A DNA stretch of 41,584 nt from Leptolyngbyaceae cyanobacterium SM2_5_2 (GCA_012031045.1 JAAUUR010000001.1:1-41584); one strand, 5' to 3'; counted from the first letter of the stretch, positions 1 through 12,419 are shown. Notes: a model not told the origin generated them from the sequence alone. Numbers and translations are program-made.

Positions 1-2420
1 ATCAGTAGGAGCCTCGGAGCGCTGACTGAGAAGCTCTCGATATCCTGGCGAGGCGACGATGGCGTTGTAGGTAACATCCTCCCGGCCACTGTTAAAGGCT
101 CTGGCGCCATCGGCCCAGATAATTAATTTCGGCAATTGCCCGGGTTCTAGCACCTGCCGAATCACCAGATCTACTACCTGGGCCGTGGCACCGTTAATGC
201 CAAAGTTAAAGATGCTGACGTTGTCGTAGCCCATCGCCGCCAGTTCCTTGCGCAGAGCCACCGGATCAACCCCTCGCAGCGCTCTAGAACTGCCCACAAT
301 CATCACATCCGCTGGGCCAGAGGTCTCCAGCCGTTGACGATAGAGCGCTACTTTCTCATTCAACTGTTGGCTGTTAAAGGTTGAGAAGGGTGAGGTTTCG
401 ATCAACTCATCCAGAGCTACAAGGGGCTGGCTGGGGCTGGTGGCCAGGTCGTCTGCAGTAGCCGTGTCAGTAGTGCCAACAAAGCCGTCTTTATCCATGC
501 GGTCAGGGTCACTGGGCCAGTCCAGTTCCGACAGGGCTTGTTCAAACCCGTCCTCCTGGTCAGGGGCAGGGCGGCTGGTGGCCATCGGTTCAGCTTTGGC
601 CGAGTTGGTGGATGGGGTCAGCATTTGGCCCAGTAGCCAGTCTAGCTGGAGGGCAACCAAGACCCCAACGGCCGCCCAAACCACGGCAATCTTAATCCCC
701 TCGGAGCGAGACGAGTCAGCTACGGCTTCTAGCACGCCAGCGGTGGACTGACTGGTAAAAAGGTGAGATCTGACCAGATGCCCTCGCCAGCGGTCTACCT
801 GCTGCTGCCACCAAAGGGTCAGAGCCGTTTGCTCGGCCTCGGCCTCCACCTCTGTGGCCGTAATTGGGCCATCGGGCCGCACCAGTAGCTCATTGACGTA
901 GGCGTCAGAGGCGGTAAATTCTGGCGTCGCCTCTGGCACCAGCCGACGGCGTGCCACAAAGTCTTTACCGTAGCTCCAGGCTGGCTTTGACTGCCCCGAA
1001 CGGCGACCATAGATGCGTACACCCTCAACCCCCACCGGGCTCAGATGGTGTAGATAGTCGTGAATGACGGGTGCCACCAGGCGGCGCTGGGGTGGAATGG
1101 GGCTATCCACCATGACGTGGAGCAGCTGGTCACGATGGAGAAGCTGCACTCGGAGGCCGCCAGTGGCCAACCGATCATCGAGGCTAGGGTTGAGCTGGCG
1201 AGTTAGCAGAAAGGCGATAGCGGGTAGGTCGCCGGTTTGACCAAGGTATTCAGGTGTATCAGCCAGGGCATCGTGCTGAGCGGCTGGCAAATCGAGGTAC
1301 TCAACCCAGGCTGGCGTGGCCTCTGCTGCCGTAGACTGGCCATAGATTACGGCCCGATGCAGCCCCTGGGGCGCCAGATCGGCTAGGGTAGCGGTCAGGG
1401 TTTCAACAATGGCGGTTTTAGGTAACGCTCCATTAACCAGGGTTAGCCCAGACTGGGGCCGACAAATCACATGCAGCGTGTTGCTAGACGATTCTGCCTC
1501 TACTACCGCGTGCTGCCCGGCAATAGTGGCGGTCAACACGCGCTCCAGGGCATCGGCATCACCCCAGCGAGCCCACTCCCGCAGCATTTCCTCCGGCGGC
1601 GTCAGGTCAATGCGCAGGCTCCAGTCAGGCTTATGCTCACCCCGCACCTGTAGCAGCAGGACAGCATCCTTAAACTGAGTCAGGTTAAGCAGGCGCAGCC
1701 GTTCGGCGGTCGGTCGCGCAATCAGGGAAGGATCTGGGCTATAGGTGGCCTCACACAAAATCCAGAGGCGCGGAATAGTGGTATCCCCAACCTCCGCTTC
1801 GGCGGGCACAGCCGCTGGTTGAGTCTCGGCTTCGCCAGGGCATCGTCGATGGTGATGGCGGTACGGCGCAGGTGAGCCGTACCGGGAATGGCTTTAATAC
1901 TAACCCAGACCCCTACATCTAGAGCGCTGAGGGTTTCGCTCAGATACCAGGCAATGGCATCTGGGTCGCCCTTGCGAGCCAGACTCAGGTTCGACAGTAC
2001 CATGGCGCTGCTACCCCCTTCACTGCTAAGCAGGTCAGGGTGATCATGGGTATAGTCAGCCAGTAATGATTGGGCGGCCTTTAAATCGGCCTCGTCCTGA
2101 CTTTCTAGTACCAGCTGAGCCAGGTGGCGTTCTAGCCGGTTGAGGTAGAGCGGTGCTGTCCACTCCGGGTTAGCCTGGCCAGGCAGGCGGCTGTAGAGAT
2201 AGATTTGGTAGACCTGCGGGTAACTGTGCTGTAGACGCCCATGGTCGCGATCATTCAGCAAGGCACGGACTAGCCTGAGCAGCACGGTGCCCTGGTTAAG
2301 GGGCTCACGGGTTTCACACAGCAGGTGCAGAATATTGCCCCTGAGCTTGGTGTGAAGCTCTGCCTCTGGACATCCCAGACTCTCTTTCAGCCAGGTCAAA
2401 AATGTCCGATGCCGAAACAT
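1..2420 (-). CDS. Large cyanobacterial DUF1574-type (SGNH-like C-terminal) membrane protein; frameshifted and running off the window start
   Basis: ORF 1722-2420 gives the N-terminus. Manual translation of 1-770 (minus) gives a TM segment IAVVWAAVGVLVALQLDWLLGQ, then DVMIVGSSRALRGVDP and FNFGING motifs. Several frame breaks lie in between. Confidence 0.65.
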
Positions 2421-2702
2421 CAGCTACGGAGTAAGACTTAGAGACAGAAGCAGGCATAGACGCTAAATTAAGTCCTTAACCTCAAGCCAGGATGGCACTA
2501 CTGCCATCCACACTACCCACTAACCTATCCGCCTCGAAAGGGGTTGTACAAAAATCCGCCACAATGAGCTTCATCATTATATTTTGCTAGTGGCCAGACC
2601 ATTGTAGGTAGTCTCCCTTGCCTATGGTACTCATTGGTGCTTGTTCAAAGCAGTGGCCCAAAGACTCGAAACCGCCAACCCTAGACCCTAGATGGGTGGC
2701 TT

Positions 2703-2749
2703 ATCTGGTCAAGCTGGATCTGGTCAAGCTGGATCTGGTCAAGCTGGAT
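2703..2749. repeat. 15-bp tandem repeat (ATCTGGTCAAGCTGG)x3
   Basis: Three exact consecutive copies in the divergent intergenic region. Confidence 0.95.
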
Positions 2750-2961
2750 ATAGCAGTGAAGCATATCGCAGTCTACAGAATTGGACGCACTCAATCGAGA
2801 TTGAAATTGCCGCAGGCGACCCTGCCGGCTGGCCTAAACCCTCTACATTAACCCTTGGCCATCTTAGCGATTTACCAGCTTCTTTGGGGCAAAGGAAGCC
2901 GAAACCAGCCGCGCTGCTGTGGCCAGGAGCGTAGAACTGGGCCAATCGTTATCATAGTTGA

Positions 2962-3273
2962 GTGACGTTAGCTCTATCCGTACCTATCCTCATGGTGTGT
3001 ATGTCTCTGCCAATGGTGTTATGGCGTCAGGATCAACCTCAGCATGGGCCAAAGTCTAAGCCAGTTGCAGTCAGCACTAGCGTTTTGTTGTCGGGCTCAA
3101 CGGATTGGTTGGTGAGTGCTTTAGTGCCGCCGGTGCTGTTGAGTTTGTTGGTATCGCGGGTGCTGACCGATGGTTTAGAGCAAGTTGGCCTAGTGAGCGA
3201 ACAGCTGCTCCAGGGGCAGCGACTGCCAACGTTGAATATTCACCGGGTAGATGCCGAAGCCGATGAGCGCTAG
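2962..3273 (+). CDS. Small conserved cyanobacterial hypothetical protein with a hydrophobic segment
   Basis: C-terminal LxxVGLVSEQLLQGQRLPTLN resembles a recurrent cyanobacterial small-protein motif. Start is uncertain. Confidence 0.55.
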   Translation: MTLALSVPILMVCMSLPMVLWRQDQPQHGPKSKPVAVSTSVLLSGSTDWLVSALVPPVLLSLLVSRVLTDGLEQVGLVSEQLLQGQRLPTLNIHRVDAEADER

Positions 3274-3470
3274 GGGGACAGTTCTGCCCGTGCAGCCTTT
3301 AGGAAAGAGCATACCCGGTGGCCTTTCCATGGCGATGGTTTGTGGCGGTTTGGCTGCCACCGTTTCGCGCAGACGTAACAATTTCAGATTCTCTGTTCCT
3401 ATAAACTTCTTCTCGACAGGGTAATCCTATAAAATTTTTGCGATACCGCTGTTCTCTGCTGGCCAAACCC

Positions 3471-6400
3471 ATGAGCTCAACGCTGCACCCTTCGGGGGAT
3501 ACTCTGCCTACCACCCAAGCTTCTCGAACTGGGGTACTGGGTGTGCTCCCCCCTCCCAGTTCAACCCAGGATTTCTTTCTGCGGCATCGGCTGCGGGTAG
3601 TTGAAGACCTTTGGGAAAATGTGCTGGAGCACGCCTGTGGGCCAGAGTTACTGGCTCTACTGCGTCAGCTTCGCCAAATGTGCTCTCCAGAGGGGCAAGC
3701 CCCCACCACGGATGAAGCCAGGGTGAAAGCGGTGGTGGAGGTGGTCGAAGCCCTTGATTTAGAGGATGCCATTCGCGCTTCCCGCGCCTTTGCCCTTTAC
3801 TTTCAATTGATTAATATTGTTGAGCAGCATTACGAACAGCGGGGCCAGCAGCAGCAGTATCGAGCCGCTTATCAGACTTCAGAATTGGCCCAGTGGGGTA
3901 GCCAAGCCGCTGAACACCGTCCACCCAGTGGTGCAGCCGCCAGTGCTGGCGGCCAAGCTAAAGCAGAACCCAACGGGCATCTGTTTCAGGCTGACCTGCT
4001 GCACCGGAGCATTACCGACCCCAGTAGTCTGCGTAAAGATGCGGGCACCTTCCATTGGCTGTTTCCTACCCTGAAGCGTCTGAATGTGCCGCCCCAGCTG
4101 ATTCAAAACTTGATTGATCATCTCGATGTGCGCCTGGTGTTTACGGCCCACCCCACTGAAATTGTGCGCCACACCATTCGCGATAAACAGCGCCGCATTG
4201 CTACCCTGCTGCGCCAGATGGATCAGGCGGAGGAAAGTGCTCAAACCCTGGGGCTGAGTTCGTCCTGGGAAATTGAGTCGCTTAAAGCCCAACTCACGGA
4301 GGAAATTCGCCTCTGGTGGCGCACGGATGAGCTTCACCAATTCAAGCCTTCGGTGCTGGATGAGGTGGACTATACCCTGCACTACTTCCAGGTGGTCCTG
4401 TTCGACACGCTACCCCAGCTTTACAAGCGGTTTGAGCGGGCGATCGCCACCACCTTTGCCGAACTCGACCCGCCCCGCCATCGCTTCTGCCGATTTGGTT
4501 CCTGGGTGGGGGCAGATCGGGATGGTAACCCATCTGTAACCCCCGACGTTACCTGGAAAACCGCCTGCTACCAGCGCAACCTGGTGCTTCACAAATACAT
4601 TGGCTCCATTGAACGCCTGATTGAGCTGCTCAGCCTCTCACTGCACTGGAGCGAGGTGTTGCCAGAACTGCTGGAATCCCTGGAGCAAGATCAGGTGAAA
4701 ATGCCGGAGATCTACGATCGTCTGGCGATTCGCTATCGGCAAGAGCCCTATCGCCTCAAGCTGGCCTACATTCAGCAGCGGCTGAAAGACACCTACGAGC
4801 GCAGCCTCCAGCTTTATCAGGGAGATCGGCTAACCGAGCGGTACACCGATCCGACTACCTCAACCTTCTACCGCGATGGCAGTGAATTCCTGGCTGAACT
4901 GCGGCTGATTCAGCGCAATTTGACGGCCACGGGTCTGCATTGTCAGGAACTAGATACCCTGATTTGCCAGGCCGAAATTTTTGGCTTCAACCTGGCCCAG
5001 CTCGACCTGCGCCAGGAAAGCTCTCGCCACTCCGATGCCCTGGATGAAATTACCCAGTATCTCCAGATTTTGCCCCAACCCTACCGGGAACTGTCTGAAT
5101 CCGAGAAAACGGCCTGGCTAGTCTCTGAGCTAAAAACGCGCCGACCGCTGATTCCTGGCGAGTTGCCCTTCTCCGACAAAACCCGCGAAACTGTTGAAAC
5201 CCTGCGCATGGTGCGCCAGCTCCATCAGGAATTTGGCCCGGACATCTGCTTTAGCTACGTGATTAGCATGGAGCCACCACGTCAGCGACCTGCTGGAGGT
5301 GCTGCTGCTGGCTAAGGAGGCGGGCCTCTACGATCCGGCTACCGGCCTCAGCAGCATTCAACCTGTGCCCCTGTTTGAAACGGTGGAAGACCTGCAGCGG
5401 GCGCCAGCCGTGATGGGTGAATTATTTCAGATCCCCCTCTATCTCAATCTATTGCGGGGTCGGGCTAGCCAGTCGCAAACTAGACCGGAGGCCAGCACCT
5501 CCCCTCCGCCAGTGCCCCTCCAGGAGGTCATGCTGGGCTATTCTGACAGCAACAAAGACTCCGGCTTCCTCAGCAGCAACTGGGAAATCCACAAAGCCCA
5601 GCAGTCGCTTCAGGAAACCGCCGACCGCTTCTCAGTGGCGCTCCGTATTTTCCACGGACGCGGCGGTTCCGTGGGCCGAGGGGGTGGCCCCGCCTACGAA
5701 GCCATCTTGGCTCAGCCCGGGCGCAGCATCAAAGGCCGCATCAAAATTACCGAGCAGGGCGAAGTGCTGGCTTCCAAGTACAACCTGCCCGACCTGGCGC
5801 TGTATAACCTGGAAACCGTCACCACAGCCGTATTGCAGGCCAGCATCCTGAGCAATAGTTTCGACGATATCAAACCCTGGAATGCCACGATGGAGGAGCT
5901 AGCGGCTCGCTCCCGCCGCCACTATCGCCAACTCATCTACGAACAGCCCGACCTGGTCGATTTCTTCCACCAGGTCACCCCAATTCAGGAAATCAGCCAA
6001 TTGCAAATTAGCTCTCGCCCAGCCCGGCGGGGAGGCCGCAAAGACCTCAGCAGCCTACGCGCCATCCCCTGGGTATTTAGCTGGACTCAGGCCCGCTTTC
6101 TGCTGCCATCCTGGTATGGGGTTGGCACGGCCCTGGAGGATTTTCTGCAGGAGGCTCCCGAAGAACACCTGAAGTTGCTGCGGTATTTTTACCACAAGTG
6201 GCCCTTCTTCAAAATGGTCGTCTCTAAGGTAGAAATGACCCTGGCTAAGGTAGATTTACAAATTGCCGAGCACTACGTCCGTGAACTCTCCAGCCCCGAC
6301 GATCTGGCGCGATTTACGGCTCTCTTTGCCCAGATTTCTGAGGAATTTTACCTGACCCGGGCCAAAGTGCTGCAAATTACTGGCCATGAGCGTCTGCTCG

Positions 6401-6615
6401 ACAGCGACCCCGACTTGCAACGCTCTGTCTATCTCCGTAATGGCACCATCGTACCCCTGGGCTTTTTGCAGGTGGCCCTCCTGAAGCGGCTCCGGCAGTA
6501 TAAAGACCAGGCCGCCACTGGCATCATCCGCTCCCGCTATAGCCAGGGCGAGCTATTGCGCGGGGCGCTCCTGACCATCAACGGCATTGCCGCTGGTATG
6601 CGGAATACCGGCTGA
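3471..6615 (+). CDS. ppc: Phosphoenolpyruvate carboxylase (one frameshift near 5270)
   Basis: [61 protein letters not shown] and C-terminal [10 protein letters not shown]. Split over ORFs 3438-5315 and 5299-6615. Confidence 0.97.
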
Positions 6616-6650
6616 GGGGGAAGAGGGAAGAGAGAAGAGACTTGGGATGT

Positions 6651-6669
6651 CAGTTGGCTTAGCCAACTG
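6651..6669. terminator. Perfect hairpin downstream of ppc
   Basis: CAGTTGGCT-T-AGCCAACTG, flanked by purine-rich and pyrimidine-rich tracts. Confidence 0.4.
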
Positions 6670-6718
6670 GCCAAACTCTGTCTTGGCTGAGGATGCGGTT
6701 GCCCTCCCTCTCTTCGTT

Positions 6719-6734
6719 CTGCTTCGCACGGGCA
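6719..6734. repeat. 16-bp small dispersed repeat, copy 1
   Basis: CTGCTTCGCACGGGCA; the exact reverse complement is at 12420-12435. Confidence 0.7.
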
Positions 6735-7026
6735 CCGCTCTAACCTCTTCGTTCTTCCCTCTTGTTAAAACTCCCCCCTCCACCGGGCATAACTATAAAT
6801 GTTCCGGCTAATCCCCTAGGGTTTATGGGTTTTTTACAGAGAAATCCCGTGATTTTACGGATTGCTCATGCCTGCATGACTCGACCTTGCTAAGCTGGCT
6901 TCATTGATTAAATTTATGTCCTGAAAAATGGCATGAAATGAGGTGCTGATAACGTCAATTCATCTTGCCTATGGCAATCAAATAATCAGGACATTCCAGG
7001 GTTAAATTTATCCTCCAGAGGTTTTT

Positions 7027-7800
7027 ATGAAAGCAGTTATTCTTGCCGGTGGTTTAGGCACTCGATTGAGTGAAGAAACCAGCGTTAGACCCAAACCAAT
7101 GGTAGAAATCGGCGGTCGGCCTATTCTATGGCACATTATGAAAATCTATTCCGCCCACGGCATTAACGAGTTCATCGTGTGCTGTGGCTATAAAGGCTAT
7201 GTTATTAAAGAATATTTCGCCAATTATTTTTTACACATGTCCGATGTCACCTTTGACCTTCGGTACAACCAAATGAATGTGCATAATGGCAATGCCGAAC
7301 CCTGGAAGGTGACGTTAATTGATACCGGCGAAGCTACCATGACCGGTGGTCGCCTGAAGCGAGTTAGAGAATACATTGGTAACGAAGCCTTCTGCTTTAC
7401 CTACGGTGATGGGGTTAGCAATGTCAATGTTACTGAACTGCTTGAGTTCCACAAAGAGCAAGGTACGCTAGCGACCCTAACCGCTGTGAAGCCCCCTGGT
7501 CGATTTGGCGCTATTTCCCTCCATGAAGGCCAAACCCAGATCGAATCCTTTGCGGAAAAGCCCGATGGCGATGGCGCTTACGTCAACGGCGGCTACTTTG
7601 TGCTGGATCCTCAAGTGATTGACTTTGTCGCCGATGACACCGTGATGTGGGAACACGAGCCACTCCGGAAACTGGCGGAAATGGGTCAACTTTCGGCCTT
7701 CCGGCACGATGGCTTCTGGCAGCCAATGGATACCCTGCGCGACAAAAACTATCTGGAAGGGTTGTGGCAGTCTGGCGAAGCGCCTTGGAAGGTTTGGTAG
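7027..7800 (+). CDS. rfbF: Glucose-1-phosphate cytidylyltransferase
   Basis: [18 protein letters not shown]...[37 protein letters not shown]. Confidence 0.95.
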   Translation: MKAVILAGGLGTRLSEETSVRPKPMVEIGGRPILWHIMKIYSAHGINEFIVCCGYKGYVIKEYFANYFLHMSDVTFDLRYNQMNVHNGNAEPWKVTLIDTGEATMTGGRLKRVREYIGNEAFCFTYGDGVSNVNVTELLEFHKEQGTLATLTAVKPPGRFGAISLHEGQTQIESFAEKPDGDGAYVNGGYFVLDPQVIDFVADDTVMWEHEPLRKLAEMGQLSAFRHDGFWQPMDTLRDKNYLEGLWQSGEAPWKVW

Positions 7801-7901
7801 TCGAAACGGGCCATTGGGTTTGCTTTAACTGGTGACTATGGGGGTTGTAACCCTCAAATAGCTGGTTTTAGCCATGGCCAATACGCTTACTCCAGCCTGA
7901 A

Positions 7902-7937
7902 CTAACTGACGTCAGTCGGTTGGCTTACGTCAGTTAG
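7902..7937. promoter_or_regulatory. Intra-operon stem-loop between rfbF and rfbC
   Basis: CTAACTGACGT...ACGTCAGTTAG, an 11-bp inverted repeat. Confidence 0.5.
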
Positions 7938-7973
7938 GCGGGCCTTTCGTCCAACTATCTTGGGAGCTTTGGC

Positions 7974-8534
7974 ATGATTTTTGAGGAAACACCGCTGGCC
8001 GGCGCGTTTGTAGTGTCTTTAGATCCGCGCGGAGATGATCGCGGCTTTTTTGCCAGAGCGTTTTGCACCCAGGAGTTTACGGAGCATGGGCTCAAGCCGG
8101 TGGGGGTGCAGTGCAATCTCTCCACCAACCAGCTCAAAGGTACGCTCCGGGGGCTGCACTATCAGGTGCCGCCAGCGGCGGAGGCCAAGTTCTTTCGCTG
8201 CATTCGTGGGGCCAATTACCACGTAATTGTGGATATGCGGCCTAACTCCTCGACCTACTTGCAGCATGTTGGGGTAGAACTCTCGGCAGACAATCGGCTG
8301 GGGCTTTACGTGCCCGAACTGTTTGCCCACGGCTACCAGGCCCTAACAGATAATTCCGAAGCCTTTTACATGGTGAGTGAATACTATACCCCTGGCTGCG
8401 AACGGGGGCTGCGCTATGATGACCCGGCTCTGGCCATTGCTTGGCCCCTGCCGGCCACTAAAATTTCCGCTAAAGACACTGAATGGCCCTTGTGGTCTGC
8501 CCTTGAATCCACCAGAGAAGAGGTATCTCTATGA
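7974..8534 (+). CDS. rfbC: dTDP-4-dehydrorhamnose 3,5-epimerase family protein
   Basis: DDRGFFAR, GTLRGLHYQ, VDMRPNSSTY, FAHGYQAL, YDDPALAIAWP. Confidence 0.9.
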   Translation: MIFEETPLAGAFVVSLDPRGDDRGFFARAFCTQEFTEHGLKPVGVQCNLSTNQLKGTLRGLHYQVPPAAEAKFFRCIRGANYHVIVDMRPNSSTYLQHVGVELSADNRLGLYVPELFAHGYQALTDNSEAFYMVSEYYTPGCERGLRYDDPALAIAWPLPATKISAKDTEWPLWSALESTREEVSL

Positions 8535-9841
8535 TCATTGTCGATACTGCCCTCAAAGCCCGTCATGACGCCGGTAACCCGGTTCGGGTCGGCATGTTTG
8601 GGGCCGGGTTTATGGGCCGTGGTGTGGTTAACCAAATTCTTAACTACACTCCTGGGATGAAGCTGGTGGCCATTGCCAACCGCACCGTAAGCGCCGCCAT
8701 CGACGCTTACCACAAAGTTGGGGCTGAGAATGTACGCCAGGTCAACACCGTGGGTGAATTGGAGGATGCGATCTCCCAGGGCACCTACGCCGTGACCGAT
8801 GATCCGGCGCTGCTCTGCCAGTCCGATAGCATTGATGTGCTGATCGAGGCCACCGGTCATGTGGAGTATGGGGCTCAGGTCACTCTGGAAGCAATCAAAC
8901 ATGGCAAGCACATGGTGCTGATGAATGCCGAACTCGACGGCACCGTCGGCCCTATCCTCAAGGTCTATGCTGACCAGGCCGGGGTGATTGTCACCGGCTG
9001 CGATGGCGACCAGCCCGGTGTGCAGATCAACCTCTATCGGTTTGTCAAAAGCATCGGCTTGAATCCCGTCCTCTGCGGCAACATTAAGGGGCTGCAAGAC
9101 CGCTACCGCAACCCCACCACCCAAGAAGGCTTTGCTAAGCAGTGGGGGCAAACGGCCCACATGGTCACGAGTTTTGCCGATGGCACCAAAATTTCCTTTG
9201 AGCAGGCGATTGTGGCCAACGCTACCGGTATGAAGGTGGCCCAGCGAGGCATGTTAGGCTACGAATACCGGGGCCATATCGACGACATGGTAGACCGCTA
9301 CGATGTCGAGCAGCTCACCGCCCTGGGCGGCATTGTGGACTACGTGGTGGGGCCAAAACCCAGCCCTGGGGTGTTTGTCTACGCCACCTGCAACGAGCCC
9401 ACCCAGGCCCATTACCTCAACTACGGCAAGCTGGGTGAAGGCCCCCTCTATAGCTTCTACGTGCCCTACCACCTGACCGTGTATGAGGTGCCCCTGTCGG
9501 CGGCGCGGGTGGCCCTGTTCAACGATGTGATTATTGCCCCCATCGCTGGGCCGGTGGTAGACGTGATTACCACCGCCAAGGTTGACCTGCAAGCCGGGGA
9601 AACCCTGGATGGGCTGGGGGGCTATCAAACCTATGGGCAGTGCGAAAACGCCGATGTGGTCAGCCGCGACAACCTGCTGCCCATGGGTCTGGCCGAAGGT
9701 TGTCGGTTAAAGCGCCCGGTCGCCAAAGACCAGGTGTTGACCTACGACGATGTGGAACTGCCCACCGACCGGTTAGCCCATCGGCTCCGGGCTGAGCAAA
9801 ACGCCCACTTCGCCAGTGCTAAGGTACCGGCGATCGCCTAA
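8531..9841 (+). CDS. NAD(P)-dependent oxidoreductase, homoserine-dehydrogenase-like with C-terminal SAF domain
   Basis: GAGFMG Rossmann motif, GDQPG, SFADGTK, C-terminal AKVDLQAGETLDGLGG...LPMGLA. ATGA overlap with rfbC. Confidence 0.85.
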   Translation: MIIVDTALKARHDAGNPVRVGMFGAGFMGRGVVNQILNYTPGMKLVAIANRTVSAAIDAYHKVGAENVRQVNTVGELEDAISQGTYAVTDDPALLCQSDSIDVLIEATGHVEYGAQVTLEAIKHGKHMVLMNAELDGTVGPILKVYADQAGVIVTGCDGDQPGVQINLYRFVKSIGLNPVLCGNIKGLQDRYRNPTTQEGFAKQWGQTAHMVTSFADGTKISFEQAIVANATGMKVAQRGMLGYEYRGHIDDMVDRYDVEQLTALGGIVDYVVGPKPSPGVFVYATCNEPTQAHYLNYGKLGEGPLYSFYVPYHLTVYEVPLSAARVALFNDVIIAPIAGPVVDVITTAKVDLQAGETLDGLGGYQTYGQCENADVVSRDNLLPMGLAEGCRLKRPVAKDQVLTYDDVELPTDRLAHRLRAEQNAHFASAKVPAIA

Positions 9842-9850
9842 CTAACGCCC

Positions 9851-9877
9851 CTGGATGGGGTGCCCCGCTCCATCCAG
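9851..9877 (+). promoter_or_regulatory. Intra-operon stem-loop
   Basis: CTGGATGG...CCATCCAG immediately after the stop codon. Confidence 0.45.
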
Positions 9878-9917
9878 ACAGCCCGCTTAATTTACACAGA
9901 AACCTAAGGAAATCACT

Positions 9918-11058
9918 ATGGTTCAAGCACCTAGCTTAGTGCAAATGAATACCGCAGATGATGTGGTTAACTCAGACCTCGCTTATATTTGCAAACACCT
10001 GGCGGAGGAGTTTTCTACCCTCTCCGGCAAAAATCCTATTGATTACTGGTGGCGCTGGTTTTTTGGGCTACTACCTGGTGCAGTCGGTGCTGTACTGGAA
10101 TGAAACCAACCCCGATGCCGCCCCCATCCAGCTCACCATTTACGACAACTACATTCGCGGCATTCCCAACTGGCTGACCCATCTCTCTGGCGACCCCAAC
10201 CTGGTGCTGGTCAAACACGACATCACCAACCCGCTGCCCGCCGACATCCCCGATTTTCAGTTCATCATCCACGCGGCCTCCATTGCGTCGCCCACCTTCT
10301 ACCGCAAGTACCCGATTGAGACGATGGATGCCAACGTCAACGGGCTGCGCTACCTGCTGGAGTATTGCCTGCGCCTGAAGGAAAAGGGCAATCCGGTTGA
10401 GGGCTTCCTGTTTTACTCCACCAGCGAAATCTACGGCGATCCCACCCCAGAGAATATCCCCACCCCCGAAACCTACCGGGGTAATGTGTCCTGCACTGGG
10501 CCACGGGCCTGCTACGACGAATCGAAGCGCTACGGCGAAACCCTCTGCGTTAACTTTGCTCAGCAGCATGGGCTACCGATTAAAACTGCCCGCCCCTTCA
10601 ACAACTACGGCCCAGGGCTGAAGATCACTGACCGCCGCGTCCTGCCTGACTTTGCGCGGGATATCTTCAGCGGGCGAGATATCATCCTGCTGTCCGATGG
10701 CTCCCCCACCCGCACCTTCTGCTACATTACCGATGCCATCGTGGGCTACTACAAAATCCTGGTGAAGGGGCATCCGGGCGAAGCCTACAACATCGGTGTA
10801 GAAACTCCCGAAATTTCCATGGCCAACCTGGCTGAGCGGGTGGTAGATCTCGCCCGTGAGCTGTTTGACTACGGCGGCCAAGTGGTGCGCCAAACCAGCA
10901 GCGACCAGGATTATCTGGTCGATAACCCCAACCGCCGCTGCCCCATCATCGACAAAGCTCGGCAGCATCTGGGCTACGCCCCCAGCATCACCGTTGAGGA
11001 AGGGCTGAAGCGGTCTTTGATTTGGTATTCCGGCAATCGCGAAGCAGAGGACGCATAG
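9918..11058 (+). CDS. NAD-dependent epimerase/dehydratase (UDP-glucuronate decarboxylase-like); frameshift near 10034
   Basis: ITGGAGFLG, HAASIASP, STSEIYG, GPRACYDESKR, RPFNNYGP. The N-terminus is in ORF 9918-10103. Confidence 0.85.
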
Positions 11059-12395
11059 ATGAAAGTATCAGTAGTTGGAACGGGTTACGTTGGCCTAGTA
11101 TCGGGCACCTGCCTCGCCGAAAAAGGCCATGAGGTGGTCTGTGTTGACATCGACCAGGCCAAAGTAGACAAAATTAACCAGGGCATTCCTCCCATCTATG
11201 AGGCGGGTCTGGAAGACATGCTGAAGGCTAACGTGGGCACCCGCCTCACGGCCACCACCGACCTGCGCGGGGCTGTGATGGACTCGGCCATTTCCCTAAT
11301 TGCGGTGGGCACGCCGTTTCGGGGCGATGAAATTGACCTCACCTTCATCAAAACCGTAGCCCGTCAAATTGGCGAGGTACTGAAGGATAAGGCCGGGTAT
11401 CACGTCGTCGTTGTAAAAAGCACAGTGGTGCCGGGTACCACCGATGAGGTCGTACTTTCCATCCTGGAAGAAGCCTCTGGCAAAAAGGCCGGGGTCGATT
11501 TCGGGGTCGGCATGAACCCAGAGTTCCTCAAGGAAGGGGAAGCCATTCCTGACTTTATGAACCCCGACCGGATCGTGCTGGGCGGCATTGACGAGCGCAG
11601 CCTCAGCGTTCTACGGGAGCTTTACGGGGTGTTTGAAGGGGTTGACCAGTTAGAAACCAACTGCAAAACCGCCGAAATGATTAAATACACCGCCAACTCG
11701 CTGCTGGCCACGATGATTTCCTTCGCCAACGAAATCGGCAACCTCTGTGCCGCTGTCGGCGGCGTGGATGTGGTTGAGGTCACGCGCGGCGTGCATTTAG
11801 ATAAACGGCTCACCCCGATTCTGCCCAGTGGCGAGCGCATCTTCCCCACCTTCACCACCTACATTGAGGCGGGCTGCGGCTTTGGCGGTAGCTGCTTTCC
11901 TAAGGATGTGAAGGCCCTCAACGCCTACGGTGCTAAGAAGGGGCTACCGATGCAGTTGCTCAATGCCGTCATTGATCTCAATGCGGTGCAGTATAAGCAG
12001 GTGATGACGCGGGTGTACAAGCACTTCCCCAGCCTGGATGCGGTGCGGGTGGCGGTACTGGGCCTGGCCTTCAAACCTGGCACCGACGACATGCGCGAGT
12101 CTCCGGCTATCCCCATTGTGCAGGAGTTGCTGGCTGGCTCGGCTAAGGTCAAAGCCTTTGATCCAGTAGCCATGCATGAGGCCCAAAAAGCTGTTTGAGA
12201 ACCAGCCCATCCAATACTGCGACACTCTGGCTGAAACCATCCAGGATGTCGATGTGGTGCTGCTGCTCACCGCTGGGAGGATTTCAAAGCCTGCCAGAAC
12301 TGCTCAAGGGCATGGCCACCCAACCGCTGGTAATTGATGGTCGCCGGATGCTGAATAAGCGCGACATCGCCAACTACGAAGGGATTGGCCTGTAG
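11059..12395 (+). CDS. ugd: UDP-glucose/GDP-mannose dehydrogenase family; frameshifts near 12185 and 12270
   Basis: VGTGYVGL, KSTVVPGT, NPEFLKEG, GFGGSCFPKD, GLAFKPGTDDMRESP, C-terminal IDGR...YEGIG. Confidence 0.9.
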
Positions 12396-12419
12396 GGAAG
12401 GCGGTAGGCGGTAGGGCTT

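Noticed and set aside
2703-2749. Possible CRISPR array
   Set aside because: Repeats are contiguous with no spacers, and there are no cas genes. The same applies to 41494-41584.
2618-2945. ORFs with LVKLD or SGQAG peptide repeats
   Set aside because: They are translations of the 15-bp DNA repeat, with no RBS or recognisable domain.
5260-5320. Programmed frameshift or naturally split ppc
   Set aside because: No slippery site. One extra G explains it, and similar indels occur across the window.
8414-10968. Long antisense ORFs opposite the sugar operon
   Set aside because: Shadow frames of GC-rich coding sequence with no motifs.
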